Positions 7,864-15,062 of a stretch of DNA of 24,000 bases are shown here, piece after piece. The position numbers and the translations under genes were made by a program. The notes beneath the pieces were generated by a model. That model had not been told where the DNA came from, made no database searches, and worked only from the letters and a program-made list of their open reading frames with translations. The first letter of the stretch is position 1, and each line of letters begins with the position of its first letter. Source of the stretch: Pelotomaculum sp. PtaU1.Bin035 (GTDB lineage: Bacteria > Bacillota > Desulfotomaculia > Desulfotomaculales > Pelotomaculaceae). Location of the stretch: assembly GCA_002067965.1 (NCBI GenBank), contig MVRN01000038.1, positions 1 to 24,000 on the forward strand, written 5' to 3'.

Positions 7864-8152
7864 AAATACATCCTCTCCAAAGCTAATTGTAATAAGTAGT
7901 TCTTCAACAATAATACTTTTCCCTCTTACTGACACAATTAAGGACATTCCTGTCCGGCTTTTCATATTAAATTATTTTATTAAGCTTAAACTTAAAATTA
8001 AAAAATTAAATTAGCATAATAAAGAATTCAAATATATAATTAAAAAATAGTTAATATTGTAAAAAAGAAATGGAGGGAGGGGATTATGAAAAGAATTAGT
8101 ATTTAAATTAGGCATACCTACCTATGTTTAGAAAGAAAGGAGTTTATAATTA

Positions 8153-9271
8153 TTGAATAATAAAGTCACACTAATTATCACTGGCGTACTTGTTGGGATG
8201 CTGGCTGTATTGTTAGTCAAGTTAGGCAATCCACCCAATATGGGAGTTTGTATTGCTTGTTTTTTGCGAGATATCTCCGGCGCCCTTGGATTGCACCAGG
8301 CTAATACGGCTCAATACATTCGTCCGGAAATATTAGGCCTGGCTCTTGGCGCCTTTGCGACTTCCGTTGTCACAAAGGATTTTCGGGTTTGGGGTGGTTC
8401 AAGCACCTTTACCAGGTTTGTGTTAGGGTTCTTTGTAATGATTGGCATGCTGGTGTTTTTAGGCTGCCCGCTAAGACTGATTTTTCGCCTGTCGGCTGGT
8501 GATCTCAATGCCTTGGCAGGTCTCCTGGGTTTGATTGCCGGAGTAGCATTGGGCGCTGTTTTTCTAAGGAAAGGTTTTACCCTCGGTCAGGCCGTTACTC
8601 AGAATAAAACGAATGGATACATATTCCCAGCAATTATTTTAGCTTTTCTTATCCTTTTATTAACAGCACCTGCGTTTATCTTTTTCAGTGCTCAAGGACC
8701 CGGTTCGATGCACGCGCCTCTGATTATTTCACTTGGCGCCGGTATTATTATAGGTGTATTGGCACAGCGTTCCAGGCTGTGTTTAATCGGCGGAATAAGG
8801 GATTTTATACTATTCAAGGAGTTTTATATGTTATACGGCTTTCTGGCAATTTTATTTGCCGCCATGGCCGGTAATTTACTTATGGGAAGTTTTAAGTTAG
8901 GTTTTGTGGATCAACCGATTGCCCATAATGATGGAATATGGAACTTTCTTGGTATGGCGTTGAGTGGTTTCGGTTCTGTCCTTTTGGGTGGTTGTCCGCT
9001 TCGTCAGTTAATCTCCGCATCGGAGGGCAATACAGATTCCGCCGCCACAGTTACCGGATTGCTGACAGGAGCCGCATTCGCCCATAATTTCGGCTTGGCT
9101 GCCAGCGCCAAAGGAGTTCCTGTGGCTGGACAAACTGCTGTCATTATTGGTTTTGTTGTAGTTATATGGATAGCTTTTTTTAATATTTTTCTTAAGATTA
9201 AATCTCAAGTTTCACAAGGAGTGATTGATAATGACGGAAATAAAGGACACAAGGGGGCTAGCTTGTCCTGA
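8153..9271 (+). CDS. yedE: YedE/YeeE-family membrane protein (sulfur/selenium compound transport)
   Basis: A 372-aa polytopic protein. The conserved N-terminal motif is GNPPNMGVCIACFLRD, and there are further Cys-containing loops (GCPLR twice, SRLCLIGG). TTG start with AAAGGAG upstream. It is immediately followed by a TusA-like gene, the usual pairing. Confidence 0.85.
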   Translation: MNNKVTLIITGVLVGMLAVLLVKLGNPPNMGVCIACFLRDISGALGLHQANTAQYIRPEILGLALGAFATSVVTKDFRVWGGSSTFTRFVLGFFVMIGMLVFLGCPLRLIFRLSAGDLNALAGLLGLIAGVALGAVFLRKGFTLGQAVTQNKTNGYIFPAIILAFLILLLTAPAFIFFSAQGPGSMHAPLIISLGAGIIIGVLAQRSRLCLIGGIRDFILFKEFYMLYGFLAILFAAMAGNLLMGSFKLGFVDQPIAHNDGIWNFLGMALSGFGSVLLGGCPLRQLISASEGNTDSAATVTGLLTGAAFAHNFGLAASAKGVPVAGQTAVIIGFVVVIWIAFFNIFLKIKSQVSQGVIDNDGNKGHKGASLS

Positions 9272-9443
9272 GCCGGTTTTAATTGTTAAAAATGAAATGG
9301 TAAAGCTGGGGAGCGGGGTAATTAAAGTTTTAGTAAACGGAACTGCCGCAAAGGATAATATATCAAGATTAGCCAGAGCTGAGAAATGGGCGGTAAATAT
9401 TTCAGAAGAAGGAGAAGAATGGTTGTTGACACTTACTAAATAG
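9231..9443 (+). CDS. yedF: TusA/SirA/YedF-family sulfur-carrier protein
   Basis: MTEIKDTRGLACPEPVLIVKNEM carries the C-P-x-P active-site motif. ATG at 9231 lies 10 nt after AAGGAG (9215-9220). It overlaps the 3' end of yedE by 41 nt. Confidence 0.85.
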   Translation: MTEIKDTRGLACPEPVLIVKNEMVKLGSGVIKVLVNGTAAKDNISRLARAEKWAVNISEEGEEWLLTLTK

Positions 9444-9534
9444 TACACGCCGCCGAACCTTTTGACACAGGTATTTCCACTACTGAATATAATAACATAT
9501 AATGAATAAGTAAATCTGCACGGGAGAGATTTAC

Positions 9535-9876
9535 ATGGATATAATCAGTGTGGGGCTTGTTCTTTTCGCAATTATTTTATTTGCAGTGACGTTGAGTTTG
9601 TCCCTTAGATTGCCAAGGATATTTAAGTTGCCGCAGAAAGCAAAAAAAACACATAACCACATTAGCAATTCAGTAAGCGAGCCCCATGGAGAACACAAGC
9701 AAAATACAATTACACTGAAGCTGCCCTGGGACGGTAAATATAATAATACTTATAATATAGACTTTAGACTTTCCCTGGCTAACAATAGCAAGAATGAGCA
9801 AAATAAAAAAGATAGTATTATATCTACTGGACTGAAAAAAAAATTTCACCGCAATTTTGATGAATATTTTAAATAA
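9535..9876 (+). CDS. Hypothetical small membrane protein (113 aa, one N-terminal TM helix, Lys/Asn-rich tail)
   Basis: Listed ORF. ATG preceded by GGGAGAG. It lies in very AT-rich DNA and is followed by a clean terminator. I recognise no family. Confidence 0.5.
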   Translation: MDIISVGLVLFAIILFAVTLSLSLRLPRIFKLPQKAKKTHNHISNSVSEPHGEHKQNTITLKLPWDGKYNNTYNIDFRLSLANNSKNEQNKKDSIISTGLKKKFHRNFDEYFK

Positions 9877-9920
9877 TTGAAACGGCGTATGCCGGCTGGA
9901 GTGCCGGCCAGCAACATAAT

Positions 9921-9960
9921 ATAAGAACCCGGGCCGAAAATCCAGGGTTCTTATTTATTA
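9921..9960 (+). terminator. Rho-independent terminator
   Basis: ATAAGAACCC (9921-9930) pairs perfectly with GGGTTCTTAT (9945-9954) and is followed by TTATTTATTA. Confidence 0.75.
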
Positions 9961-10003
9961 CGTCAATAAACGCCAAGGTCAAAGGCTTCACGCGGCAGCA
10001 TTA

Positions 10004-10039
10004 ATACAACCACCGGACCTTTTGACCCGGTGGTTGTAT
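10004..10039. other. Perfect 13-bp stem hairpin between convergent genes
   Basis: ATACAACCACCGG (10004-10016) and CCGGTGGTTGTAT (10027-10039), with a 10-nt loop. It lies 48 nt downstream of the tiny minus-strand gene. There is no clear U-tract on either strand, so it may be a terminator, an RNA-stability element or a protein-binding element. Confidence 0.5.
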
Positions 10040-10086
10040 CGGCTTAGCCCAGGCGCCGCTAAGTATGGTATAATCTTTTTAAAATT

Positions 10087-10203
10087 TTAAATGCAGCCGC
10101 CAAAACAACTCAGACCTAAAATGAGAAGGATAAAAATCAAGAAGATAATAAACGCGGAGTTGCCAAAACCGGCGCAAGCGCCTTCAGTTACTACATCGGC
10201 CAT
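10087..10203 (-). CDS. Tiny hydrophobic protein, 38 aa, resembling YjcZ-family tiny-TM sporulation proteins (not in ORF track)
   Basis: I translated it by hand as MADVVTEGACAGFGNSAFIIFLIFILLILGLSCFGGCI, ending in TAA. There is a perfect AGGAGG (10212-10217) 8 nt upstream of the ATG. The Gly-rich N-terminus, single F/I/L-rich helix and C/G-rich C-terminus match my recollection of the YjcZ-type family. Confidence 0.5.
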   Translation of the reverse strand: MADVVTEGACAGFGNSAFIIFLIFILLILGLSCFGGCI

Positions 10204-10323
10204 GAAGAATGCCTCCTTTTTTTTAATAATATATGCGACAGATGATAAATGTGTTATCGTTGATTATTTTATATTTTGGAGTATGATATAATAATATTGC
10301 AGTATGTAATAGAGGAGGCAATA

Positions 10324-10914
10324 ATGAATTATATAGTTTTCGACTTAGAAATGAATAACAAATGGGGAACCAAAATACATGAAATTATAGAAATCGGTGC
10401 GGTAAAGATTAACTCAAAAATGGAAATAGTTAGTACCTTTCAATCATTTATCAAACCAAAACTATACCCAATTATAAGCCAACTAATTAGAAAGAAAACA
10501 CAAATTAAACAAGAATGGATTGATAATGCAAAAGAATTATCCTATGTGATAAATGATTTTAAAAAATGGATTGGAGAAGAAGATTTTGTTTTATGTGGAT
10601 GGGGCATTGATGATTTAATTACATTTAAAAGAAATTTTGAAATCAATAATATAAGTAATACAACACTTGATTTATTAGTAAATTACTATGATATACAAAA
10701 TGGGTTTATTAAAATATATAACCTGCCAAACCAAATATCTTTAAAAAATGCTCTTGAAATGTTAAACACTAAACCTAAATATAATATCTGGCACAGGGCA
10801 ATATATGACGCTATTAATACTTCACTGGTATTTATTATACTATTTGACAAAATGAAAAACAGACTTGAATTTAATAAAAATATTGTAGATACTGCAAGAA
10901 ATTGCGCCAAGTAG
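10324..10914 (+). CDS. DEDDh-type 3'-5' exonuclease (DnaQ/KapD/ERI-1-like)
   Basis: ATG at 10324 follows GAGGAGG. Exo I is IVFDLEMN, Exo II is GWGIDDLITF and Exo III is WHRAIYDAINT (H-x-A-x-x-D-A). The gene is very AT-rich. Confidence 0.8.
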   Translation: MNYIVFDLEMNNKWGTKIHEIIEIGAVKINSKMEIVSTFQSFIKPKLYPIISQLIRKKTQIKQEWIDNAKELSYVINDFKKWIGEEDFVLCGWGIDDLITFKRNFEINNISNTTLDLLVNYYDIQNGFIKIYNLPNQISLKNALEMLNTKPKYNIWHRAIYDAINTSLVFIILFDKMKNRLEFNKNIVDTARNCAK

Positions 10915-10942
10915 ACAGGCCCCCATGATTTGGCGCCACAAA

Positions 10943-11878
10943 TTAATAATAACCCGGGGTTTCCTTAAGCCACTGGTGGGTTAAAGCCAGTCCCTCGCCG
11001 ATTTTGTATGCCGGCTTGAAGCCCAGGATTTCTTTTGATTTCCGGTTGTCTATGGACAGCCTGCGGCCTGCCGCGGGGCTGTCCCGGAAAAGAACCGGGC
11101 TGCCGCAGCCGGTAATCCTCTTGACTGCAAAGGCCAGTTCACGCATGGAAATACATTCATCGCCCCCAATATTAAATAGCCCTCCTATGGCGCCGGGCCG
11201 GATCAAGCTCAGGACAACCGCTTCGGAAAAATCGTTAACGAACGTATAGGTCCGGCTGTCCGAACCGTCTCCATATAAAGTCAACGGTTCATTTCGCATG
11301 GCCTGGCGCAAAAATTTAATCGGCACACTAATCCTGGAGTTCCTCGGCCCGTAGATATCCGCAACACGTAATATCACCTGCCTGAGTCCGTTGCTTACGG
11401 CAAGCGTCCGGCAAAAATTTTCACCGGCCAGCTTAACCGCGCCGTGCATCAGGACAGGTTCCAAGGGGTGGCTTTCATCAATGGGGATATATTTGCCATT
11501 GCCGTAAACTGCAATGGATGAAATATAGACTAATATCGCGTTATTAGCGAGTGCCGCCCTTATTAAATTAAGGAGTCCGGTCAAAATATCCGTTATAGCC
11601 CTGGTTTCGATTGAGCGCTGGCGCAATGCCATGGGAAACGCCAGGTGAACAATGCTATCGACGTCTTTTGCGGCTTTTAGCACGGAATCTTCGCAAGCTA
11701 TGTCACTATTTATCAGATCAATCTGTTTCCTAACCGCAGCCAGATTCGTTTCCCTGCCGGAAGTAAACAGGTCCAGCGCCCGTACCCCCGCTCCCTCCGC
11801 AAGCAGCCGTTCGCAAAGGTGTGAACCGAGAAAACCCGCCCCCCCCGTTACTAAAACCTTACGGCCTGTTAACCTCAC
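10943..11878 (-). CDS. NAD-dependent sugar epimerase/dehydratase (SDR family)
   Basis: Rossmann motif VTGGAGFLGSH, plus an SxnYxxxK-type catalytic region (ISSIAVYG...). GTG start with GGAGGG 5 nt upstream. Confidence 0.9.
   Translation of the reverse strand: MRLTGRKVLVTGGAGFLGSHLCERLLAEGAGVRALDLFTSGRETNLAAVRKQIDLINSDIACEDSVLKAAKDVDSIVHLAFPMALRQRSIETRAITDILTGLLNLIRAALANNAILVYISSIAVYGNGKYIPIDESHPLEPVLMHGAVKLAGENFCRTLAVSNGLRQVILRVADIYGPRNSRISVPIKFLRQAMRNEPLTLYGDGSDSRTYTFVNDFSEAVVLSLIRPGAIGGLFNIGGDECISMRELAFAVKRITGCGSPVLFRDSPAAGRRLSIDNRKSKEILGFKPAYKIGEGLALTHQWLKETPGYY
11839..11846 (-). repeat. Homopolymeric G8 tract (coding strand) in the epimerase GxxGxxG codons
   Basis: The plus strand has eight consecutive C, and the minus strand reads acg ggg ggg gcg (T G G A). 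This is about 11 codons into the gene. Confidence 0.9.
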
Positions 11879-11907
11879 TTTAACCCTCCAATCGCGGATA
11901 ATTGCAT

Positions 11908-12004
11908 AAGTAGTCAGCAGTCAGGAGTCAGTACGCAGAATAAAAGAATAAAAAATTTTTATTGCCTTGTAATATTCTGACTGCTGACTCCTGAATTCTG
12001 AATG
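11908..12004. repeat. GTCAG-rich imperfect hairpin element A (intergenic, EPS operon)
   Basis: CAGGAGTCAGTACGCAGAAT (11922-11941) matches the reverse complement of ATTCTGACTGCTGACTCCTG (11974-11993) at 17 of 20 positions. The loop is AT-rich and contains the near-palindrome AATAAAAAATTTTTATT. It shares the 10-mers AAGTAGTCAG, CTGACTGCTG and CAGAATTCAG (the last inverted) with element B. Confidence 0.6.
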
Positions 12005-12006
12005 AA

Positions 12007-12606
12007 CTACACTTTCATGAAGGGATCCGCTTCTTTCCGGTCTGCCCTGGCGGTCCCGCCGCGTCGCAACAGAACCACGGCGACTGTTTTAATCATTATT
12101 TTTAAGTCCAGCCATAATGAACAATGCTCAACGTACCATATGTCCATTTCAATACGCTCCGGCCAGTAAACAGCCAAACGGCCGTTGACTTGCGCCCACC
12201 CGGTGATTCCCGGCTTCACATTTAATCTTTTTTTCTGTCTCTCATTATACTTGCTTAGATGGTGCAGAGGAGCGGGCCGGGGGCCCACCAGGCTCATCTC
12301 CCCGCGAATAACATTAAATAACTGGGGCAATTCATCAATACTGGTCTTTCTAAGAAACTTGCCGACAGCAGTTATTCGCGGGTCGTCTTTTTCCACAAAC
12401 ATCCCGGACCCGATATTTACAGCATTAGGGACCATGCTCCGGAATTTATACAAATCAAATATTTTTCCATGCAGCCCCACGCGTTGTTGCCTGAAAAAGA
12501 CTTTACCGTGTGAAGTTATCTTTATCGCCAGCGCTGCCACTAACAACAGCGGACTGGTGATTGCCAGAATCAATAAAGAGCCAAGCAGGTCAAACGCTCT
12601 TTTCAT
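12007..12606 (-). CDS. Polyprenyl-phosphate sugar phosphotransferase (bacterial sugar transferase family, priming enzyme)
   Basis: MKRAFDLLGSLLILAITSPLLLVAALAIK...GPRP...ELPQLFNVIRGEMSLVGPRP is typical of the EpsL/WbaP C-terminal domain family. ATG at 12606 has GGAGG 8 nt upstream and lies 1 nt after the preceding stop. Confidence 0.9.
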   Translation of the reverse strand: MKRAFDLLGSLLILAITSPLLLVAALAIKITSHGKVFFRQQRVGLHGKIFDLYKFRSMVPNAVNIGSGMFVEKDDPRITAVGKFLRKTSIDELPQLFNVIRGEMSLVGPRPAPLHHLSKYNERQKKRLNVKPGITGWAQVNGRLAVYWPERIEMDIWYVEHCSLWLDLKIMIKTVAVVLLRRGGTARADRKEADPFMKV

Positions 12607-12607
12607 C

Positions 12608-13687
12608 TCAGTACCTCCGGTAACCGGGGAAATAACTTTCACTTTCCCGTGGAATTTTTGCCGCCATCAGATCTTCCAGCATAATCACCGCTTCATGGTC
12701 ATGCACCTTTTTCCCAACGTAGAAATCCAATATGCCGCCCCTCGCAAAGGAACGTTTATAATAAAAAACACCGTCCCCCTCGCGGTAGCCGCCGCCAAGT
12801 AAAAAAAAGCTGATGCCCCTGCTCTTGGCCCATTTGATTACCTCATGCTTTAAAATATTATTCGGCCGGTACTCATAAAATTCTTCCAGCGTTCCCCCAA
12901 GAAATGAATGGATATAAGTTTGATTATATAAAAGCAGTTCAGTTGAGATAACCCGGCCGCTCTTCAAGGTATGGGCATATAAAAAATTTCCTTTTAATTC
13001 CTCATGAATACAATCATAAAAATCGTTATTAAAATAGTAAAATTCCCCGGCCTGGTTCCTCATAAGAGTATGGTGGTAAATCGAAACAAAATCATTAAAG
13101 TGCGCCGGCGTTTCCTCCAGGACCACCTCCAGCCCTTCCCGGTAGGCTTTTTTTATATTTTTCCGGTTATTTCGCTCATATCCCGCCCATATTTCTTCAT
13201 CCGGCCTCTTGAGATCAACGCAGATTACAGACGAGGTCCTCTCGATTTCCACATGGTGTAACAGCGAGCGGTGGTTGCTCAATAAGGGGTGGAACCGGAT
13301 GAATTCGGTAATAATGCCGTTCTCGGCGCAGTATCCGGCAAAACACCGGTAAAAGCCGTCCCACGCGCCTTCCCCGGCCGCCGGGGACGCCAGCGGCCCG
13401 CCGTAACCGTAAGGGCTGGTGATATCATACAGGTCCCGCTCAAGTTTACCTGCCAACCCCGGGATCAGGTTCACCCTCCTGAGCAAAAAAGGATAAACGA
13501 CCGCGGCATCCCCTTCCCTGTAGACAAAAAGCCAGGCTTCCCCGGTACCCCTGAACAGCCCGCAGTATTCAGGCCGGTAGTGCAAATCCGGCCTTGAATA
13601 TTTTATGTTTTCCAGTTCCCGCAGCCACTGCTCCTTATCCTGCAAGCCCAGGACATAGAAACTCCCCACTATACGCCACCCTTTCAA
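12608..13687 (-). CDS. FemAB-like / GNAT-fold acyl(aminoacyl)transferase family protein
   Basis: 359 aa. The motif DITSPYGYGGP and the overall two-lobed pattern (..FIRFHPL.., ..HSFLGG.., ..FYYKRSFA..) resemble FemAB-related proteins found in polysaccharide loci. The start is uncertain: TTG at 13687 overlaps hairpin element B, while GTG at 13669 has AAGGGTGG 7 nt upstream. Confidence 0.65.
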   Translation of the reverse strand: MKGWRIVGSFYVLGLQDKEQWLRELENIKYSRPDLHYRPEYCGLFRGTGEAWLFVYREGDAAVVYPFLLRRVNLIPGLAGKLERDLYDITSPYGYGGPLASPAAGEGAWDGFYRCFAGYCAENGIITEFIRFHPLLSNHRSLLHHVEIERTSSVICVDLKRPDEEIWAGYERNNRKNIKKAYREGLEVVLEETPAHFNDFVSIYHHTLMRNQAGEFYYFNNDFYDCIHEELKGNFLYAHTLKSGRVISTELLLYNQTYIHSFLGGTLEEFYEYRPNNILKHEVIKWAKSRGISFFLLGGGYREGDGVFYYKRSFARGGILDFYVGKKVHDHEAVIMLEDLMAAKIPRESESYFPGYRRY

Positions 13688-13792
13688 GTAGTCAGAATTC
13701 AGAAATCGGAGTTCGGAGCACCTCGCGGCTAAACCGTTCTCTCATCCCGACTCCCGGCTCTTAAGTACCGGCTGCCGGCTACTGACTGCTGG
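13686..13792. repeat. GTCAG-rich imperfect hairpin element B (intergenic, EPS operon)
   Basis: The left end is AAGTAGTCAGAATTCAG (13686-13702). The right end is CTACTGACTGCTGG (13779-13792), whose reverse complement CCAGCAGTCAGTAG matches the left end at 8 of 11 positions. The inner arms GGAGTTCGGAGC and CCGACTCCCGGCTC are also roughly complementary. The termini are shared with element A, but the interior is GC-rich and unrelated. Confidence 0.5.
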
Positions 13793-13794
13793 AG

Positions 13795-14382
13795 CTACCA
13801 ATATCTAAACCAGTAATATATGAGTTTTATATATTCCCGCATGACTATCTGCCTGTCAATATCGCTTTTGCATTGCCCATCCACATTAAATCCGGAGCCT
13901 ACGGTTGAACAGTAAAGCAGTTTTACGCCGGTATTTTTAAACACTCTTCCGAATACCAGCTCGCTCCTCCTCATATGGTACGGTGATGATACAATAATGG
14001 CAGACTTGAAATTCTGGGCAGCTACTATATCCCTGGAATAAACGGCATTCTTATATGTGTTCTCAGATTTGTCATCAATTAAAATATCCTGTTCTCTAAC
14101 ACCCGCGCTGACGGCCCTTTTCGCCATCTGCCCGCCCCCTATGCCCGACATGATTATTTTTGGCGCCAGGCCCAACTTGTAAAGCTGCGCGGCATAGAGA
14201 TCCCTCTCCGAATCACCCGACAGGACTATCAGTACATCTGCCTTCACAAGCTTGTCGTCCACAACCAGTAATTTCGCCAGCAAAGGCCACGGGGGGCGGG
14301 CAATGAGACACGCAAGGACAATAATAAACATTAAGCCCGAAAATATAATAATACACCGGCCTTTTCTTTTTATTTGTACCAC
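13795..14382 (-). CDS. DUF218 (YdcF/ElyC/SanA-like) domain membrane-anchored protein
   Basis: It has an N-terminal TM helix, then VLIVLSGDSERDLYAAQLYKLGLAPKIIMSG and IIVSSPYHMRRS, the hallmark DUF218 motifs. Confidence 0.8.
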   Translation of the reverse strand: MVQIKRKGRCIIIFSGLMFIIVLACLIARPPWPLLAKLLVVDDKLVKADVLIVLSGDSERDLYAAQLYKLGLAPKIIMSGIGGGQMAKRAVSAGVREQDILIDDKSENTYKNAVYSRDIVAAQNFKSAIIVSSPYHMRRSELVFGRVFKNTGVKLLYCSTVGSGFNVDGQCKSDIDRQIVMREYIKLIYYWFRYW

Positions 14383-14407
14383 CTCTCCATGATGAGGTCT
14401 ACCTGGA

Positions 14408-15052
14408 CTATTTAGACGCGAGAATGGAAAAAAGTGAATCTCCCCGGTTCACCATATCGACCTTGAAGCCACATTCATTCATATGCGACAGAGTATATGT
14501 TTCCAAAACAAAGGCTGTGGGAATAGACTTTTTTCCGGTAAACCGGTAGATATGGGGCGATATAAGCTTTAACGGCGACTTCCAATTCAAAGGTTCCCTT
14601 ATAATTCTCCGCCAGTTGCGTGCCGTAAGATAAAAATACCCGCCTTCTTTCAGCACCCTGAAAATCTCAGCCACAGTTTTCTTTTCATCGGGTGAGTGAA
14701 ATAAGGCGTCCCGGCACATTACAAAATCAACTGATTCATTTTCCAGAGGGACGGAAAGCATGTCTCCAATAAAAAATTCAATGTTATCATTGCCCTGCAG
14801 CCTGAGTTGTGCCTTTTCGTAAAAATACTCAGACAGGTCCTGCCAGATCACCTTGCCGGCGCCCAGGGAGAGAAAAACTTCTTCCCAGTGGCCTGTTCCG
14901 GCAGCAAGATCAAGGACGGTTTTATTCTTGAAATTCAGGCCTAAGCCCTTTATCTCGCGGTGCCACTCACCCTCTATATACAGCTCTTCATTTTTCTGGT
15001 AATATATGTTGCTCAGTTCATTATCCATTACTGTTCCAGCCAAAAAAAACAT
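14408..15052 (-). CDS. Class I SAM-dependent methyltransferase
   Basis: Motif I is VLDLAAGTGHW, post-I is WQDLS and motif III-like is VDFVMCRDALFH. The start could also be the ATG at 15028. A T8 run directly follows the ATG at 15052. Confidence 0.8.
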   Translation of the reverse strand: MFFLAGTVMDNELSNIYYQKNEELYIEGEWHREIKGLGLNFKNKTVLDLAAGTGHWEEVFLSLGAGKVIWQDLSEYFYEKAQLRLQGNDNIEFFIGDMLSVPLENESVDFVMCRDALFHSPDEKKTVAEIFRVLKEGGYFYLTARNWRRIIREPLNWKSPLKLISPHIYRFTGKKSIPTAFVLETYTLSHMNECGFKVDMVNRGDSLFSILASK

Positions 15053-15062
15053 ACCCCCATTC

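Noticed and set aside
7864-7965. The 34-codon N-terminal extension of the response regulator (listed start 7965), the similar extensions of the GT4 gene (17349), the SH3b gene (19717), the sugar transferase (12642) and the exonuclease (10276), and the 4-codon extension of the MBOAT (21945).
   Set aside because: In each case an internal ATG has a proper SD and coincides with the start of family homology. The extensions are non-homologous and often begin at weak alternative codons.
9450-10026. A 17-nt imperfect direct repeat: CCGCCGAACCTTTTGAC at 9450-9466 and CCACCGGACCTTTTGAC at 10010-10026, identical at 15 of 17 positions. It brackets the 113-aa gene and its terminator, so it could be att-like insertion scars.
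   Set aside because: A rough estimate suggests that 15/17 matches are expected by chance many times among all position pairs in a 24-kb window. The second copy is simply the left arm and loop of the 13-bp hairpin. It is worth a look only if comparative genomes show this 560-bp block as an indel.
10087-10203. The tiny hydrophobic peptide could be a type I toxin.
   Set aside because: I have not fully excluded this and kept it as an alternative in the findings. The Gly-rich N-terminus, the FIIFLIFILLILG helix, the Cys/Gly tail and a sporulation-type promoter fit YjcZ-like tiny TM proteins better. No antitoxin RNA structure can be shown from sequence alone.
11908-13792. The GTCAG-rich repeats could be a CRISPR array or tandem repeat locus.
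   Set aside because: There are only two copies, 1.7 kb apart and separated by two genes. Each is an inverted-repeat hairpin rather than a direct repeat with spacers. No cas genes are present.
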